A DNA stretch of 64,000 bases, taken from NCBI RefSeq assembly GCF_006345805.1, contig NC_042998.1, positions 192,510,001 to 192,574,000 on the forward strand, given 5' to 3'. Position numbers and translations under genes: made by a program. Shown piece after piece: positions 62,850 to 64,000 of this stretch (positions are counted from its first letter, which is position 1; every line of letters starts with the position of its first letter). This stretch comes from Octopus sinensis. Taxonomy: Eukaryota. The notes beneath the pieces were generated by a model that was given only the letters and a program-made list of their open reading frames with translations, made no database searches and was not told the origin of the DNA.

Positions 62850-63480
62850 GTTGAAAAATTATCACAATCTCAATTGTCTGTATGAAGAGCAATATCGACT
62901 CCAAAAATCAGCACTGTAAGTAAAATTAATAAGCAGGTACTGCAGTACTTTCCTGAAAGTCCTCACATCTATAAGACAGTTGATACACTCCCAGATCCAG
63001 AAGAGGCAGTAAATTATCGAACAGAATTTCTCAATTCATTGGAGCCTCCAAGACTACTTCTCCACAGACTGAAACTCAAAGTGGGAACTCCAGGAATTTG
63101 GATCCACCAACACTCTGCAATGGGACACACTTAGTGGTAAAGAAGATGATGCCACATGTTCATGGGGTTACTATTCTCTCTGGATGTGAAAAAGGAGAGG
63201 ACATTTTCATATCCAGAATTCCTCTCATTCCATTGGGAACAGAAATTCCTTTTTTCATTCAGAAGAGTGCAATTTCCTATTCATATCAGCTTCGCAGTGT
63301 CTATCAATAAATCCCAGGGTCAAACACTCTCTGTGGTAGAACTTCACTTGGAAGATTCATGCTTCTCACACAAGCAATAAATGTTGAGTGCTCTACAGTG
63401 GGAGCAAAAAAAAAAAGAATCTATTTGTATTTGTTCCACATGGGAGAACAAAGAATATTGTTTACCAAGTGGTTTTGTAG
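62850..63480 (+). pseudogene. Helitron PIF1-like helicase C-terminal remnant
   Basis: INKQVL...TEFLNSLEPP...HRLKLKVGTP / NLDPPTLCNGTHLVV...ISRIPLIP / FRRVQFPIHISFAVSINKSQGQTL / GRTKNIVYQVVL*, with frameshifts. Confidence 0.92.
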
Positions 63481-63489
63481 GAATTACTA

Positions 63490-63600
63490 CATCCTACGAT
63501 GTGCTTCATTATCCACTGCTCTTTGCGAATGGTGAAGATGGATACCATTTTGGCTTAATACCAACAAACCCGAAGACTGCACCAACAAAGCAGTTCCCTG
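63490..63600 (+). pseudogene. Helitron pre-Rep (N-terminal) fragment
   Basis: SYDVLHYPLLFANGEDGYHF resembles the YDxLQYPLLFPxGExG motif found upstream of the Rep domain. Confidence 0.65.
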
Positions 63601-63684
63601 CATAGACCTCAGTATCAAAGCATATTCTCCAATTACTTCCACCAACCACGCAGTAAGCCATTACGCCTCATTTTTTGAAGTATT

Positions 63685-64000
63685 GGATCTTTTCGGTTTG
63701 AACGGCAGTTTTTTCTAGCGGTGTCATATGAAATTGTCACCCTTAATTATGACCCTAGTATCGATCTATTGCATTTCAATCTGTTTTAGGGTTACGGTTA
63801 GTTAGGGTTAGGGGTGGGGGGAAGGGTATCTTTTTTTTCTTCACAAATGTAAATAAACCTAATCTGTTTCTTAAACGAGGGACATATTCATACGGCACAG
63901 AATGCTTTTTTACCTCAATAGACGTCAGTGATTGGTTGAAATTGCAGAAATTGAAGAAAAACAACAACAAATATCTTACAAACTATAGAATTTTCTTAAT
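63685..64000 (+). mobile_element. MITE family I, third copy (cut by window end)
   Basis: Same left TIR and internal TTAGGG-like repeats. Confidence 0.85.

Overview
AT-rich animal DNA made almost entirely of microsatellites and transposon debris. The repeat families look like those of an octopus-type coleoid genome; this is inferred from recognition, not from a search. No intact protein-coding gene can be supported, and all long ORFs are microsatellite translations. Recognisable content: several tRNA-derived SINE families (my labels A, B, D, E, F), an RTE-like non-autonomous retroposon (C), an (AAT)n-associated retroposon (H), four MITE/Helitron-type non-autonomous elements, and decayed RTE, R4/Dong, Tc1/mariner, Tigger/pogo and Helitron coding fragments. 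The main result of the hunt is three unrelated repeats that each carry a type I hammerhead ribozyme fold with a minimal or palindromic stem III. The first is a ~480-bp tandem unit in a fold-back arrangement (42992-44270, retrozyme-like). The second is a tRNA-headed element bounded by 20-bp inverted repeats (39314-39600). The third is a degenerate copy beside a (TA)n tract (6132-6176). Also notable: SINE-A occurs as head + 1-5 units of ~183 bp inside single target-site duplications that usually begin with GGT; an A-C chimera sits in one TSD; two SINEs share a covarying pseudoknot; and a 1659-bp duplication has a recombinant junction. All folds and alignments were done by eye, and coordinates of decayed elements are approximate.
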